Translations under genes and position numbers: made by a program
The notes under the pieces: model-generated
Told to the model about the DNA's origin: nothing
Database searches by the model: none
Seen by the model: only the letters and a program-made list of their open reading frames with translations
Part shown: positions 18,328 to 28,248 of the stretch, piece by piece
Position numbering within the stretch: the stretch's first letter is position 1
Layout of the letters: each line of letters opens with the position of its first letter
Assembly (NCBI GenBank): GCA_041645495.1
Contig: JBAZPZ010000002.1
Location: 5,469-69,468, forward strand
Source of the DNA: Fidelibacterota bacterium
Lineage (GTDB): Bacteria; Fidelibacterota; UBA2242
Direction of reading: 5' to 3'
DNA: 64,000 bases

Positions 18328-19673
18328 ACGTCAAGACAAAAATTGCCTATGTCTGTACGGCGTGCGGTTCCGTTCAGCCGAAATGGTCGGGAAAATGTCC
18401 CGAATGCGGCGCGTGGAATGAGATGGTCGAAGAAAAGGTCGTCAAACGGCCGGAAAAAATGACCGCTGGATCAAGGCGCGAGCCACAGCCGCTGATAGCC
18501 GCGACAACGACGAAAATCGAGCGCTCCATGACGGGAATCGAGGAATTCGACCGCGTGCTGGGCGGCGGATTTGTCAACGGCTCGGTTATTCTCATCAGCG
18601 GCGAACCTGGCATCGGCAAATCGACGATCATTCTTCAGGTGCTGGAAAAGTTGAAAGGCGACAAATTCCTGTATTTCACCGGCGAAGAGTCGGAAGAGCA
18701 GATTCGTCTCCGCGCCGAACGTCTGACTATCCGCGACCCGCGCATCTGGATCGCTTCGGAAAACAATCTGGAAAATATTTTATACCAAATGGAAACTCAC
18801 CGTCCGGCCGCCATCGTCATCGATTCGGTTCAGACGGTTTATTCCGACGCCTACGAAAACGTTCCGGGAAGCGTGACGCAGGTGCGCGAATGTGCCGGGC
18901 GACTGTTGCGAAAGGCCAAAGAACTCGGCATCATCGCCGTTTTCATCGGACATATCACAAAAGACGGAATGATCGCCGGGCCGAAAGTGCTGGAGCATTT
19001 GGTCGATACCGTTCTGTATCTCGAAGGCGACAAGCAGAACTTTTATCGTTTATTGAGGTCGATGAAGAATCGTTTCGGCTCAACGAACGAAGTCGGGATT
19101 TTCGAGATGAAGGAGACCGGACTGATTCCAGTCGGAAATCCGTCGCATTTCTTTTTGTCCGAAAGACGCGAGCATGTCGCCGGTTCCGCGATTGCGGTCA
19201 GCATGGAAGGCACGCGTCCTTTTCTGATCGAGGTGCAGGCGCTGGTGACGCAGACGACGTACGGAACGCCGCAGAGAACGGCGAATGGAATCGATTATCG
19301 TCGGCTGGCTATGCTGATTGCCGTCTTGGAAAAGCGCGCCGGTTTCCCGCTCCGCACTCAGGACGTATTCGTCAATCTGGTCGGCGGTTTGAAAATCGAC
19401 GAGACGGCTATCAACCTCGGGTTGGTCGCGGCGATGGCTTCGAGTTTTCGTGACATTCCGCTCGATCCGATGTCGGTTTTCATCGGCGAAGTCGGATTGG
19501 TCGGCGAAGTCCGTAGCGTGCCGTTTATCGAGCAACGCGTGAAAGAAGCGGTCAAGTTCGGCTATCAGAAAATTTACGTTCCCAAACATAACCTCCGCAT
19601 GTTGAAAAGCGACGGCGATTCCAAAATTTTCGGCGTCGATTCGATCAATCATCTGCTGGGAATGGTGTTGTGA
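18324..19673 (+). CDS. radA: DNA repair protein RadA/Sms
   Basis: N-terminal C4 zinc finger (CTACGSVQPKWSGKCPECGAWN). Walker A GEPGIGKST. KNRFG motif. Lon-protease-like C-terminal domain. Confidence 0.93.
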   Translation: MNVKTKIAYVCTACGSVQPKWSGKCPECGAWNEMVEEKVVKRPEKMTAGSRREPQPLIAATTTKIERSMTGIEEFDRVLGGGFVNGSVILISGEPGIGKSTIILQVLEKLKGDKFLYFTGEESEEQIRLRAERLTIRDPRIWIASENNLENILYQMETHRPAAIVIDSVQTVYSDAYENVPGSVTQVRECAGRLLRKAKELGIIAVFIGHITKDGMIAGPKVLEHLVDTVLYLEGDKQNFYRLLRSMKNRFGSTNEVGIFEMKETGLIPVGNPSHFFLSERREHVAGSAIAVSMEGTRPFLIEVQALVTQTTYGTPQRTANGIDYRRLAMLIAVLEKRAGFPLRTQDVFVNLVGGLKIDETAINLGLVAAMASSFRDIPLDPMSVFIGEVGLVGEVRSVPFIEQRVKEAVKFGYQKIYVPKHNLRMLKSDGDSKIFGVDSINHLLGMVL

Positions 19674-20225
19674 TTGGGTTGGATAGGTTGATTGGGTTGG
19701 ATTAGGTTGATTGGGTTGATTAGGTTGATTGGGTTGGATTAGGTTGATTGGGTTGGATTAGGTAGGATTAGGTTGATTAGGTTGATTAGGTTGATTGGGT
19801 TGGATTAGGTTGATTAGGTTGATTGGGTTGATTAGGTTGATTGGGTTGATTAGGTTGATTGGGTTGAATAGTTGAATAGGTTGATTGGGTTGGATTAGGT
19901 TGATTAGGTTGATTAGGTTGATTAGGTTGATTGGGTTGGATTAGGTTGATTAGGTTGATTAGGTTGATTAGGTTGATTAGGTTGATTGGGTTGGATTAGG
20001 TAGGATTAGGTTGATTAGGTTGAATAGTTGAATAGTTGAATAGGTTGATTAGGTTGATTGGGTTGGATTAGGTTGATTGGGTTGATTAGGTTGATTGGGT
20101 TGATTAGGTTGATTAGGTTGATTGGGTTGGATTAGGTTGATTGGGTTGATTAGGTTGATTGGGTTGATTAGGTTGATTGGGTTGGATTAGGTAGGATTAG
20201 GTTGATTAGGTTGATTAGGTTGATT
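19674..20225. repeat. Degenerate tandem repeat array of ~55-60 units of 8-10 nt (GGTTGATTA / GGTTGGATTA / GGTAGGATTA / GTTGAATA)
   Basis: Direct reading. The array starts at, and overlaps, the radA stop codon. The top strand is G+T-rich. Stops occur in all frames and no ORF crosses it. Confidence 0.9.
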
Positions 20226-20285
20226 GGGACTGTTGGATTTGGGGTAAAGTAGGGTTAATGTAATGGGTAAGGTTGTTTTTGAAGT

Positions 20286-20325
20286 TGTCTCCGTGATCTC
20301 TGCATTCTCTGCGAACTCCGCGGTT
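20286..20325. repeat. Intergenic motif copy B (TGTCTCCG...GCATTCTCTGCGAACTCCGCGGTT), 26 nt upstream of the tgt start
   Basis: It shares roughly 22 of 24 core nucleotides with copy A at 9797..9821, plus the flanking TGTC(C)TCCG. It lies immediately after the tandem-repeat array. Confidence 0.6.
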
Positions 20326-20350
20326 AAGAGATGGGTTTATCGGATCGTAG

Positions 20351-21556
20351 ATGAACTTTAACATTTTATCCAAAGATGCCAATTCTCTCGCTCGCGCGTG
20401 CCGGTTTGAAACCGACCACGGCGCCGTCGAGACGCCGATTTTTATGCCGGTTGGAACGCATGGTGTCGTCAAGACTTTGACGCCTGTGGAATTGGACGAC
20501 TGTCGGGCGCAGATAATACTTGGCAATACGTATCATCTGTTTTTGCGGCCGGGATTGGAAGTCATTCAGGGCGCGGGCGGATTGCATCGATTCAACGGCT
20601 GGAAAAAACCGATTCTGACCGATAGCGGCGGTTTTCAGGTTTTCAGCCTGTCGCATCTCGGTAAAATCACCGACGAGGAAGTAAAATTTCGTTCGCACAT
20701 CGACGGAACGGAATACACATTGTCGCCGGAAATCTCGATGGAAATCCAGAACAAGCTCGGCTCCGACATCATCATGGCGTTCGACGAGTGCACGCCGTAT
20801 CCGTGCGATTACGAATACGCCAAACAATCGCTGAAACGGACGCACGAATGGGAACACCGCTCGAAAATCCATTTTGACAAATTGAAACCGCTTTACGGGC
20901 ATCGGCAATTTCTATTCGGAATCGTTCAGGGAAGTGTTTATCCCGATCTTCGGCAGGAGAGCATCGAGACGCTGAGTCAATTGGATTTCGACGGATACGC
21001 CGTCGGCGGACTCGCTGTCGGCGAACCGAAGGAAAAAATGTACGAAATGCTGGGACAGATTTCGCCGAACCTGCCGGAAAACGCGCCGCATTATCTGATG
21101 GGCGTCGGCAAACCGGAAGATATCATTCACGGCATCGCGCTGGGAATCGACATGTTCGACTGCGTTCTGCCATCCCGGAATGCGCGGAACGGAATGCTTT
21201 ATACATGGAACGGACGAATCGTCCTCAAACAATCGCAGTATCGGATGGATTTCAACCCGCCGGACGAACGATGCGACTGCTATGCGTGCCGCAATTTTTC
21301 CAGAGCGTATCTGCGCCATCTGTATATGATTGGCGAGATGACCGGTTTGCGGCTCAATACGCTTCACAATATTCATTTCTTTCTGGAATTGGCGGCGAAG
21401 GCGCGCGAGTCGATCCGAAATGGCGTTTTCGGTGAATTTCAGGCGGAGTTTTTCCGCAATTATCCCGAGGAACCTGACCACTGGGAAGCGAATGTCATTC
21501 ACCGGGAAGAGCGCCGAAAGAAACATCTTGAGGAAAATGCCGACAGAAGTGAGTAA
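20351..21556 (+). CDS. tgt: Queuine tRNA-ribosyltransferase (tRNA-guanine transglycosylase) with a ~25-aa C-terminal extension
   Basis: LTDSGGFQV, the zinc site CxCxxC...H (CDCYACRNF...H) and overall TGT collinearity. At 401 aa it is somewhat longer than typical bacterial Tgt. Confidence 0.92.
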   Translation: MNFNILSKDANSLARACRFETDHGAVETPIFMPVGTHGVVKTLTPVELDDCRAQIILGNTYHLFLRPGLEVIQGAGGLHRFNGWKKPILTDSGGFQVFSLSHLGKITDEEVKFRSHIDGTEYTLSPEISMEIQNKLGSDIIMAFDECTPYPCDYEYAKQSLKRTHEWEHRSKIHFDKLKPLYGHRQFLFGIVQGSVYPDLRQESIETLSQLDFDGYAVGGLAVGEPKEKMYEMLGQISPNLPENAPHYLMGVGKPEDIIHGIALGIDMFDCVLPSRNARNGMLYTWNGRIVLKQSQYRMDFNPPDERCDCYACRNFSRAYLRHLYMIGEMTGLRLNTLHNIHFFLELAAKARESIRNGVFGEFQAEFFRNYPEEPDHWEANVIHREERRKKHLEENADRSE

Positions 21557-21629
21557 GTTATGGCGATGAAATTTGAAAGTATTTGGAGTTCGTCGAGAGC
21601 CAACCGGAAATGAAAAGGCAATTGGTTAA

Positions 21630-22718
21630 ATGGATATAAATGTTTCCTTCCCGCCTGAGGAATATTTCAGGCTGACAAATGAGGAAATCGACGGGCGAAT
21701 CCTGGCCGCCAAATCGGTACTCGGCGATTCGCTGTTCATTCTCGGCCATCACTATCAACGCGACGAAGTGATCCGCTATGCGGACGCAGTCGGCGATTCA
21801 TTTGGACTGTCTAAAAAAGCCGCGCAGACTTCGGCGAAATTTATCGTTTTTTGCGGCGTGCATTTTATGGCTGAAACCGCTGACATCGTCACGGCGCCGG
21901 ATCAAAAAGTTTTTATGCCGGACGTGACAGCCGGATGTTCGCTTGCCGATATGGCGAATATCGATCAGGTCGAAAAAGCGTGGCAGAAAATCAACTTTTT
22001 CAATCCGAAGAAAACGATTCCGATCACGTACATCAATTCGAGCGTCGCGTTGAAAGCCTTTTGCGGAAAGAACGACGGCATTGTCTGCACGTCGTCGAAC
22101 GCCCAAAAAGCGCTGGAATGGGCCTGGGCGCGCGGCGAGCGGATTTTCTTCTTTCCGGATCAGTTTCTCGGACTGAATACGGCTTATCGGATGGGCGTTC
22201 CGCTGGAGCAGATTTTAGTGTGGAATCAGGACAAACCGTTCGGTGGACATTCCAAACCGGCGATCGAAAAATCCCGGTTGATCCTCTGGAACGGTTCCTG
22301 TTGTGTGCATCAGGAATTCAGCAAGGAACATATCGATTTGCTTCGGCGGGAAGATCCGGCGATTCAAATCATTTCGCATCCGGAATGCAATTTCGACGTC
22401 GTGCAAAGTTCCGATTTCGTCGGAAGCACGGAATACATTATCCGAAAGATTTCCGAAAGCCCGGACAGAACGCATTGGGGCGTTGGGACTGAAAAGAATT
22501 TGGTCAACCGCCTGAAGAACCGTTTCCCGAACAAGAAGATCGTCTTTTTACAAAATTACGAGCCGTTCTGCGTCTCGATGTCGCAAACGACCGCCGTTCA
22601 TTTGCTCTACGTTCTGGAGAATTTGGCGAAGGGTAGTTTGATCAATCAGGTTCTTGTCGAAAGCGAAAACCGTGAAAAAGCGCTGATGGCGCTGAATCGC
22701 ATGTTGGAGTTGGCATGA
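21630..22718 (+). CDS. nadA: Quinolinate synthase NadA
   Basis: NadA collinearity (ILGHHYQRDEV, FCGVHFMAET, the Cys ligands). The stop overlaps the nadB start. Confidence 0.88.
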   Translation: MDINVSFPPEEYFRLTNEEIDGRILAAKSVLGDSLFILGHHYQRDEVIRYADAVGDSFGLSKKAAQTSAKFIVFCGVHFMAETADIVTAPDQKVFMPDVTAGCSLADMANIDQVEKAWQKINFFNPKKTIPITYINSSVALKAFCGKNDGIVCTSSNAQKALEWAWARGERIFFFPDQFLGLNTAYRMGVPLEQILVWNQDKPFGGHSKPAIEKSRLILWNGSCCVHQEFSKEHIDLLRREDPAIQIISHPECNFDVVQSSDFVGSTEYIIRKISESPDRTHWGVGTEKNLVNRLKNRFPNKKIVFLQNYEPFCVSMSQTTAVHLLYVLENLAKGSLINQVLVESENREKALMALNRMLELA

Positions 22719-24286
22719 GTCAATCGGATACGCCATTTCGCGAAACGGATGTGCTGGTGATCGGGGCCGGATTGGCCGGTTGTGCGGCGGCTTTCGCGGC
22801 GCAAAAGGCCGGACTAAGAGTCATTTTGACGACCTGTCAGGATGAATTCACCGAGTCGTCGTCGTATTATGCGCAGGGCGGAATCATTTACCGCGGCGAG
22901 AACGACTCGATCGAGAATTTGCTGGAAGACTTTCAGCGGGCGGGCGCCGGGATCGTCAACGAGCAGGCGGTCAGACAGATTTATCGATACGGACCGGAAT
23001 TCATCGAGCAAATTCTCGTCGGCGATCTTCAGATTCCGTTCAACCGAACGGATGACGGGAAAATTGCGCTGACAAAAGAGGCTTCGCATTCGATTCCACG
23101 CATCGCTTACGTAGAAGATCATACCGGCAAGGCGATTCAGGAATTGTTTTACAAAAAAATCCGCTCGCTGGAAAACGTCGAAATCCTGACTTCCGCAAGT
23201 GCGGTCGATCTCATCACACTTGCGCACCATTCGCTGAATCAGTTGCATATTTACGAACCGAGCACCTGTGCCGGCGCTTATATTTATTTTCAGAAAGAAA
23301 ACGAGGTGCGCTCGATTCTTGCGAAGCAGACGATTCTGGCGACCGGCGGACTCGGTCGGCTTTACCTGCATTCGTCCAATCCGCATCATGCGAGAGGCGA
23401 CGGTTACGCGATGGCTTACCGGGCAGGTGCGCGCATCATGAACATGGAATATGTCCAGTTTCATCCAACGACACTTTTTTCCAACGACGACGAGCGGTTT
23501 CTGATCACCGAGGCAATGCGCGGCGAGGGCGGAATTCTTCGGAACAACGCCGGAGAAGATTTTATGAAGCGGTACGATTCCGCCGGTTCGCTTGCACCGC
23601 GGGATGTCGTCGCGCGAAGCATCATTCATGAAATGAGCAACACCGGCACGCCGTACGTTCTGCTCGATATTACGTATCGGGACGCCGATTGGATCAAACA
23701 CCGTTTTCCGATCATTTGTCAGAAATGTCTCGAAGTGAAAGTCGATATCACCAAAGAAGGAATTCCGGTCGTTCCCGCGGCTCATTATGAATGCGGTGGC
23801 GTCGCGACCGACATGCTGGCAAATACGACGATTCGCCGACTCAAAGCCATCGGCGAAGTCGCCTGCACCGGCTTGCATGGCGCAAACCGGCTCGCCAGCA
23901 GTTCGCTTCTCGAATGTCTGGTTTTCGGAACGCTTGCCGGGCGTGATTGCTCCGAACGGATTCGGCAAAACAAGATCGTCACACCGCAGATCGCCAAATG
24001 GAAAATCGAATACGAACCGCTCGATCCCGACCTTTTGCGGCAGGATCGGTTGACGCTGAAACATACGATGTGGAATTACGTCGGGATCGTCCGAAATGCC
24101 AAAAAATTGGAACGCGCCTACGGAATTTTGTATCGGTTGAAACAGGACATCGATCAATTTTACGCGCACAGTCAATTAAACGATGATTTATTGGGACTCC
24201 GAAACGCCGCAACAACGGCGATGTTGGTATTGCACGCGGCCACTTTGCATAAGGGAAGTTGCGGTTGCCATTATCGGGTCGATTGA
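22715..24286 (+). CDS. nadB: L-aspartate oxidase NadB
   Basis: FAD-binding DVLVIGAGLAGCAAA and the succinate-DH/fumarate-reductase flavoprotein fold motifs (AHYECGGVATD). It lies in a nadA-nadB operon. The 453-aa antisense ORF inside it is judged spurious. Confidence 0.9.
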   Translation: MSQSDTPFRETDVLVIGAGLAGCAAAFAAQKAGLRVILTTCQDEFTESSSYYAQGGIIYRGENDSIENLLEDFQRAGAGIVNEQAVRQIYRYGPEFIEQILVGDLQIPFNRTDDGKIALTKEASHSIPRIAYVEDHTGKAIQELFYKKIRSLENVEILTSASAVDLITLAHHSLNQLHIYEPSTCAGAYIYFQKENEVRSILAKQTILATGGLGRLYLHSSNPHHARGDGYAMAYRAGARIMNMEYVQFHPTTLFSNDDERFLITEAMRGEGGILRNNAGEDFMKRYDSAGSLAPRDVVARSIIHEMSNTGTPYVLLDITYRDADWIKHRFPIICQKCLEVKVDITKEGIPVVPAAHYECGGVATDMLANTTIRRLKAIGEVACTGLHGANRLASSSLLECLVFGTLAGRDCSERIRQNKIVTPQIAKWKIEYEPLDPDLLRQDRLTLKHTMWNYVGIVRNAKKLERAYGILYRLKQDIDQFYAHSQLNDDLLGLRNAATTAMLVLHAATLHKGSCGCHYRVD

Positions 24287-24319
24287 GTTATATTAATAGT
24301 CAATAAAAATGGAGGTAAC

Positions 24320-24655
24320 GTGAATTCAGTACTTTATGCAATGGGTGGAGCCGGTCAACAACAGGGCGCTCCGAGCGGAAATCCGCTTTTGTCTCTGCTA
24401 CCGTTTTTGCTGATTATCGTCGTGATGTATCTGCTGATGATTCGTCCGCAGGCGAAAAAGCAAAAAGTGAAACAGAGGATGCTCCAGGATTTGAAACCGG
24501 GAGACGACATCCTGACCATTGGCGGCATTTATGGCAAGATCGAAGGCGTTCGCGAGAAGGAAGGACTCCTGATCGTTAAAATCGCGAAAGACGTGAAAGT
24601 TACGATCTCCCGTTCCGCCGTCGCCGATAAGACAACCGAAAAAATGGTGGCGTAG
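24320..24655 (+). CDS. yajC: Preprotein translocase subunit YajC
   Basis: Single TM followed by the YajC motif MIRPQAKKQK. GTG start with GGAGG 4 nt upstream; an alternative ATG lies at 24341. Confidence 0.85.
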   Translation: MNSVLYAMGGAGQQQGAPSGNPLLSLLPFLLIIVVMYLLMIRPQAKKQKVKQRMLQDLKPGDDILTIGGIYGKIEGVREKEGLLIVKIAKDVKVTISRSAVADKTTEKMVA

Positions 24656-24660
24656 CGCTT

Positions 24661-25194
24661 ATGTCTCTTCTTAGAATTCAATTGTACGGCAGTCCGATTC
24701 TGAATTCGAAGACTGCCAAAGTCGAAACGCTTCCGCCGGATTTTTCGCAAATTCTCGACGATATGTTTGAAACGATGTACGCCGACGACGGTATCGGACT
24801 TTCGGCCAATCAGGTCGGAATTCCGCTGAGTTTTTTCGTAGCCGACTTTTCTCTTCACGATGAAAACGGCAGAAAGATGGTCTTTATCAACCCGGAAATT
24901 CTCGAATATCAGGGCGAAGTCGCGGCTGATGAAGGCTGTCTCAGCGTGCCGGAAATTCGCGAAGAGGTGATCCGCGCCGAGAAGATCAAGGTTCGTTATG
25001 AAAACGTCGAGCGAAATGTTCACACTGAAGAATTTTCCGGTTATTACGCCCGTGTAGTTCAGCACGAGACAGACCACCTGAGCGGCATCTACTTCGTCGA
25101 TCGCATCAGCCGGTTGAAGCGAAGTTTCATTGCATCCAAATTAAAACGCATCGCCGCCGATGCCAAAAAAGGAGTGACGGTTCAGGTCAGTTAA
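24661..25194 (+). CDS. def: Peptide deformylase
   Basis: The three deformylase motifs GIGLSANQVG, EGCLSVP and HETDHL. Confidence 0.95.
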   Translation: MSLLRIQLYGSPILNSKTAKVETLPPDFSQILDDMFETMYADDGIGLSANQVGIPLSFFVADFSLHDENGRKMVFINPEILEYQGEVAADEGCLSVPEIREEVIRAEKIKVRYENVERNVHTEEFSGYYARVVQHETDHLSGIYFVDRISRLKRSFIASKLKRIAADAKKGVTVQVS

Positions 25195-25201
25195 CGCCGG
25201 T

Positions 25202-26131
25202 ATGAAGATCGTCTTCATGGGAACGCCAGAATTTGCTATTCCGTCGCTGAAAGCGCTCGCCGAATCGCGTCACACGGTTCTCGCCGTCGTGACCGCTACG
25301 GATACCGAAAAAGGACGCGGATTGAAGATTCAGGAACCGCCCGTTAAAACGTTGGCGAAGGAACTCGGCTTGCCTGTCTTTCAGCCAGCGGATTTGAAAT
25401 CCCCGGAATTTATCGGGCAGATGAAGAATCTGTGCGCCGATCTGTTTGTCGTCGTTGCGTTCCGCATTCTGCCGGTCGATTTGCTGGAGGTTCCGCGGCT
25501 CGGTTCGGTCAATCTGCACGCTTCGTTGCTCCCGAAATATCGTGGCGCGGCTCCGATCAACTGGGCGATCATCAACGGAGAGAAAGAAACCGGGCTGACG
25601 ATTTTTCGCATTCAGGCGCGGGTCGATACCGGCGATATTCTTTTTCAGGAAAAAATGCCGATCCTGCCGGAAGACACGTTCGGCTCACTCTACGAAAAAC
25701 TGTCCCGGTTGGGCGGCGAATCGCTCGTGCGCATCGTGAATGCGCTCGAAGAAAACTGTCTCGCACCGATTCCGCAGCGACACGAATTGGCGACTCAGGC
25801 GCCGAAAATTTTTCCCGAGATGGGAGAGATCGACTGGAAAAAAGATGCTTTTTCGATTAAAAATCAGATCCATGGACTTTCGCCCACACCCGGCGCGTAC
25901 TCCTTTTTCCGCAAGAAACGCATCAAGTTTTTATCGGCGGCCATCGAAACCGGCGACGATTCAAATGCGACCGGCGCCATCGTCCTCCGTGAGAAAAACC
26001 GGCTGGGAATCCAAACCGGCGACGGTGTTTTGTTTCCAAAGGAAGTTCAGGCGGAAGGGAAAAAACCGCTTCCGATCGTTGAATTCCTACGCGGTTTTCC
26101 GGGCCGGATAGGAGAAGCATTTTCCGAATGA
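25202..26131 (+). CDS. fmt: Methionyl-tRNA formyltransferase
   Basis: MKIVFMGTPEFA start, the formyltransferase N-domain (NLHASLLPKYRGAAPI) and the C-terminal domain. It follows def. Confidence 0.93.
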   Translation: MKIVFMGTPEFAIPSLKALAESRHTVLAVVTATDTEKGRGLKIQEPPVKTLAKELGLPVFQPADLKSPEFIGQMKNLCADLFVVVAFRILPVDLLEVPRLGSVNLHASLLPKYRGAAPINWAIINGEKETGLTIFRIQARVDTGDILFQEKMPILPEDTFGSLYEKLSRLGGESLVRIVNALEENCLAPIPQRHELATQAPKIFPEMGEIDWKKDAFSIKNQIHGLSPTPGAYSFFRKKRIKFLSAAIETGDDSNATGAIVLREKNRLGIQTGDGVLFPKEVQAEGKKPLPIVEFLRGFPGRIGEAFSE

Positions 26132-27474
26132 GAGCCCGAACCGCCGCCGTCGAAATCCTCAATTCGCTTCACAAACAACCGTCAGATTTCGAGACGCGCG
26201 TCTCGGAGTTTGTCTCGACGATTGAATTTTCTCAGGAAGACCGCGATTTTATTTACGCACTCGTCAAAGGCGTTATTCAATATCGCAGACTGTTGGACTA
26301 TATTTTAACCTTTTCGCTGAATCGTCAGTTTAGCCAGATCGAGGTAACGGCGGTAAATTTGTTGCGTATCGGCGCCTTTCAGTTAGTCGTATTGAAAACA
26401 CCGCCGCATGCGCTAGTCTATGAAACCGTTGAAGCCGCCAAAGAGTTGAAACGTCCCGACCTCGGTCCGTTGATAAACGCCGTTTTGAGAAATTTGCCCG
26501 AAGAGGCCGCGTGGCGAAAATCGCTGAGCAGAATCGCGGACGAAACTGAGCGGCTTGGCATCGAGTTTTCGCATCCGGATTGGTTGGTGAAGCGGTGGAT
26601 GGCCAATTTCGGCGTCGAATCGACTCGCCGGATTCTGGAATTCAACAATTCTTATCAGCCGATTTGCTTTCGGCACAACCCGATCCGTTTTTCGTGGACC
26701 AAGACGGAGGAACGCCTTGCGCAACAGAAGCAAACGGTGAAAATCATTTCTGAAAAACCAATCCATTTCTTTTCAGTCAGTCGTCCGGGCATTTTACTGA
26801 AAAGTGATTTTTTCAAGGAAGGCGGCTGTTCGGTTCAGGATTACAATCAGGCGCTCGCCGTTCTTTTGCTTTCTCCCAAAGAAGGCGAGACGATCGTCGA
26901 TGTCTGCGCCGCACCGGGCGGCAAATCGACATTTATCGCTCAGTTGGCGGGTAATCGTTCCGCCGTTCATGCTTCCGACATCAACGAGCAGAAAATGAAT
27001 CTTGTGAAAAATGAGTGCCTACGGTTAGGAATCGATTCGATAAATTATCATGTGGCGGATGCGAGCCGCGACGCGTTTCCGGAAGCGGATAAAGTCTTGA
27101 TCGACGCGCCTTGCACCGGCACCGGCGTCCTGTCCCGACGAGCCGATCTGCGCTGGAACCGGACGGTTCATCACATGAAGCAAGTGCGTCGTCTACAGAT
27201 CGGGATTCTTGAAAATGTCGCGAAATACGTTCGCATCGGCGGCACGCTCGTTTACAGCACCTGCAGTCTGGAGCCGGAAGAAAATTGGGACGTCGTTCGG
27301 GAGTTTTTGGCCGGTCATCCCGAATTTTCCGTCCAGCCCGCGCAAAAATGGATCGAGAAAACGTACTGCGACGATTCCGGAGCCGTTCAGATCCTTCCGC
27401 ATCGGCATAACCTGACCGGTAGTTTTGCGGTCCGTCTGAACAAAACATCGTCCGGCGCATTACATGAAAAATAA
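26128..27474 (+). CDS. rsmB: 16S rRNA (cytosine967-C5)-methyltransferase RsmB/Sun
   Basis: NusB-like N-domain. SAM motif DVCAAPGGKST. Catalytic DAPCTGTGV and Cys. fmt-rsmB synteny. Confidence 0.9.
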   Translation: MRARTAAVEILNSLHKQPSDFETRVSEFVSTIEFSQEDRDFIYALVKGVIQYRRLLDYILTFSLNRQFSQIEVTAVNLLRIGAFQLVVLKTPPHALVYETVEAAKELKRPDLGPLINAVLRNLPEEAAWRKSLSRIADETERLGIEFSHPDWLVKRWMANFGVESTRRILEFNNSYQPICFRHNPIRFSWTKTEERLAQQKQTVKIISEKPIHFFSVSRPGILLKSDFFKEGGCSVQDYNQALAVLLLSPKEGETIVDVCAAPGGKSTFIAQLAGNRSAVHASDINEQKMNLVKNECLRLGIDSINYHVADASRDAFPEADKVLIDAPCTGTGVLSRRADLRWNRTVHHMKQVRRLQIGILENVAKYVRIGGTLVYSTCSLEPEENWDVVREFLAGHPEFSVQPAQKWIEKTYCDDSGAVQILPHRHNLTGSFAVRLNKTSSGALHEK

Positions 27475-27494
27475 ATTGTTTTTAGGGTAAAAAT

Positions 27495-28241
27495 ATGAGA
27501 GTTCGCACGAAAAATTTATTCCGGTTTCTCGCGGCGTTTGCGGTCTTCACGATCGTTTTTGGCGTCCTGATGGATAAACTGATCCTGCCGCTCTACGTCC
27601 GGCACGGAAATGAATATGAACTGCTCGACGTTCGGCACAAACCTTTGCCGGAAGCCAGAGCGATTCTGGAAAGTAACGGTATCGAATCGGTTGTGAGCGA
27701 TACGCTGGAAAATTCGGACTTCCCGCCGCAAACGGTCATCGACCAGCAACCGCCGGCGGGATACATGGTGAAAAAGGGCCGAATCGTCAACCTGATCATT
27801 TCCGGCGGAGAACGCTATTTCCCAATGCCGAAACTGGTTGGAAAAGTGCTGAAAGCCGCGGATTTGGAATTGGAGCGCTGGGGCGTCGTCGTCGATTCGG
27901 TCACTCATGAATACTCGTCGGACAAACCGGTCGGCGTCGTCAGTGCGCAATCGATCTCGCCCGGATTGATGATTTCGACCAATACGCATGTCTGGCTGAC
28001 GGTTAGTAAAGGCGCACCGGATAAACAACTGGAGGTTCCAGACCTCTTCGGTCTCAATCTCGACGAAGCTAGGAAAATCATTCGGAAGTCGGGACATCTT
28101 CTCGGAAAAATCCGGTACATCCAGAATCCGGATCTGACGCCTTATACGGTCATCGGACAAAAACCGGAAGCCGGAAAATTGATGGACAATCCGACAGCGA
28201 TCAGTTTGGACATCACTACGATTAGTCAGGAGGAGGAATAA
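27495..28241 (+). CDS. Membrane-anchored protein with three PASTA domains and no kinase or transpeptidase domain
   Basis: N-terminal TM (FLAAFAVFTIVFGVLM) followed by three ~65-aa repeats with a PASTA-like pattern (VPDLFGLNLDEARKIIRKSG...). Confidence 0.75.
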   Translation: MRVRTKNLFRFLAAFAVFTIVFGVLMDKLILPLYVRHGNEYELLDVRHKPLPEARAILESNGIESVVSDTLENSDFPPQTVIDQQPPAGYMVKKGRIVNLIISGGERYFPMPKLVGKVLKAADLELERWGVVVDSVTHEYSSDKPVGVVSAQSISPGLMISTNTHVWLTVSKGAPDKQLEVPDLFGLNLDEARKIIRKSGHLLGKIRYIQNPDLTPYTVIGQKPEAGKLMDNPTAISLDITTISQEEE

Positions 28242-28248
28242 TTTTCGG

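Noticed and set aside
19674-20225. CRISPR array interpretation of the tandem repeats
   Set aside because: The units are only 8-10 nt and contiguous, with no unique spacers of 25-40 nt. No cas genes are present in the window.
22814-24175. 453-aa minus-strand ORF entirely inside nadB. Similar long antisense or out-of-frame ORFs occur at 828..1502(-), 6032..6634(-), 12634..13428(-), 15561..16289(-), 31644..32345(-), 45015..45713(-), 52148..53014(-) and 56404..57558(-).
   Set aside because: The overlapping sense-strand genes carry unambiguous catalytic motifs (FAD-binding GxGxxG in NadB; STFK/SCN/KTG in PBP2; and others). The shadow ORFs have no recognisable features and low-complexity Arg-rich translations, which fits a codon-bias artefact.
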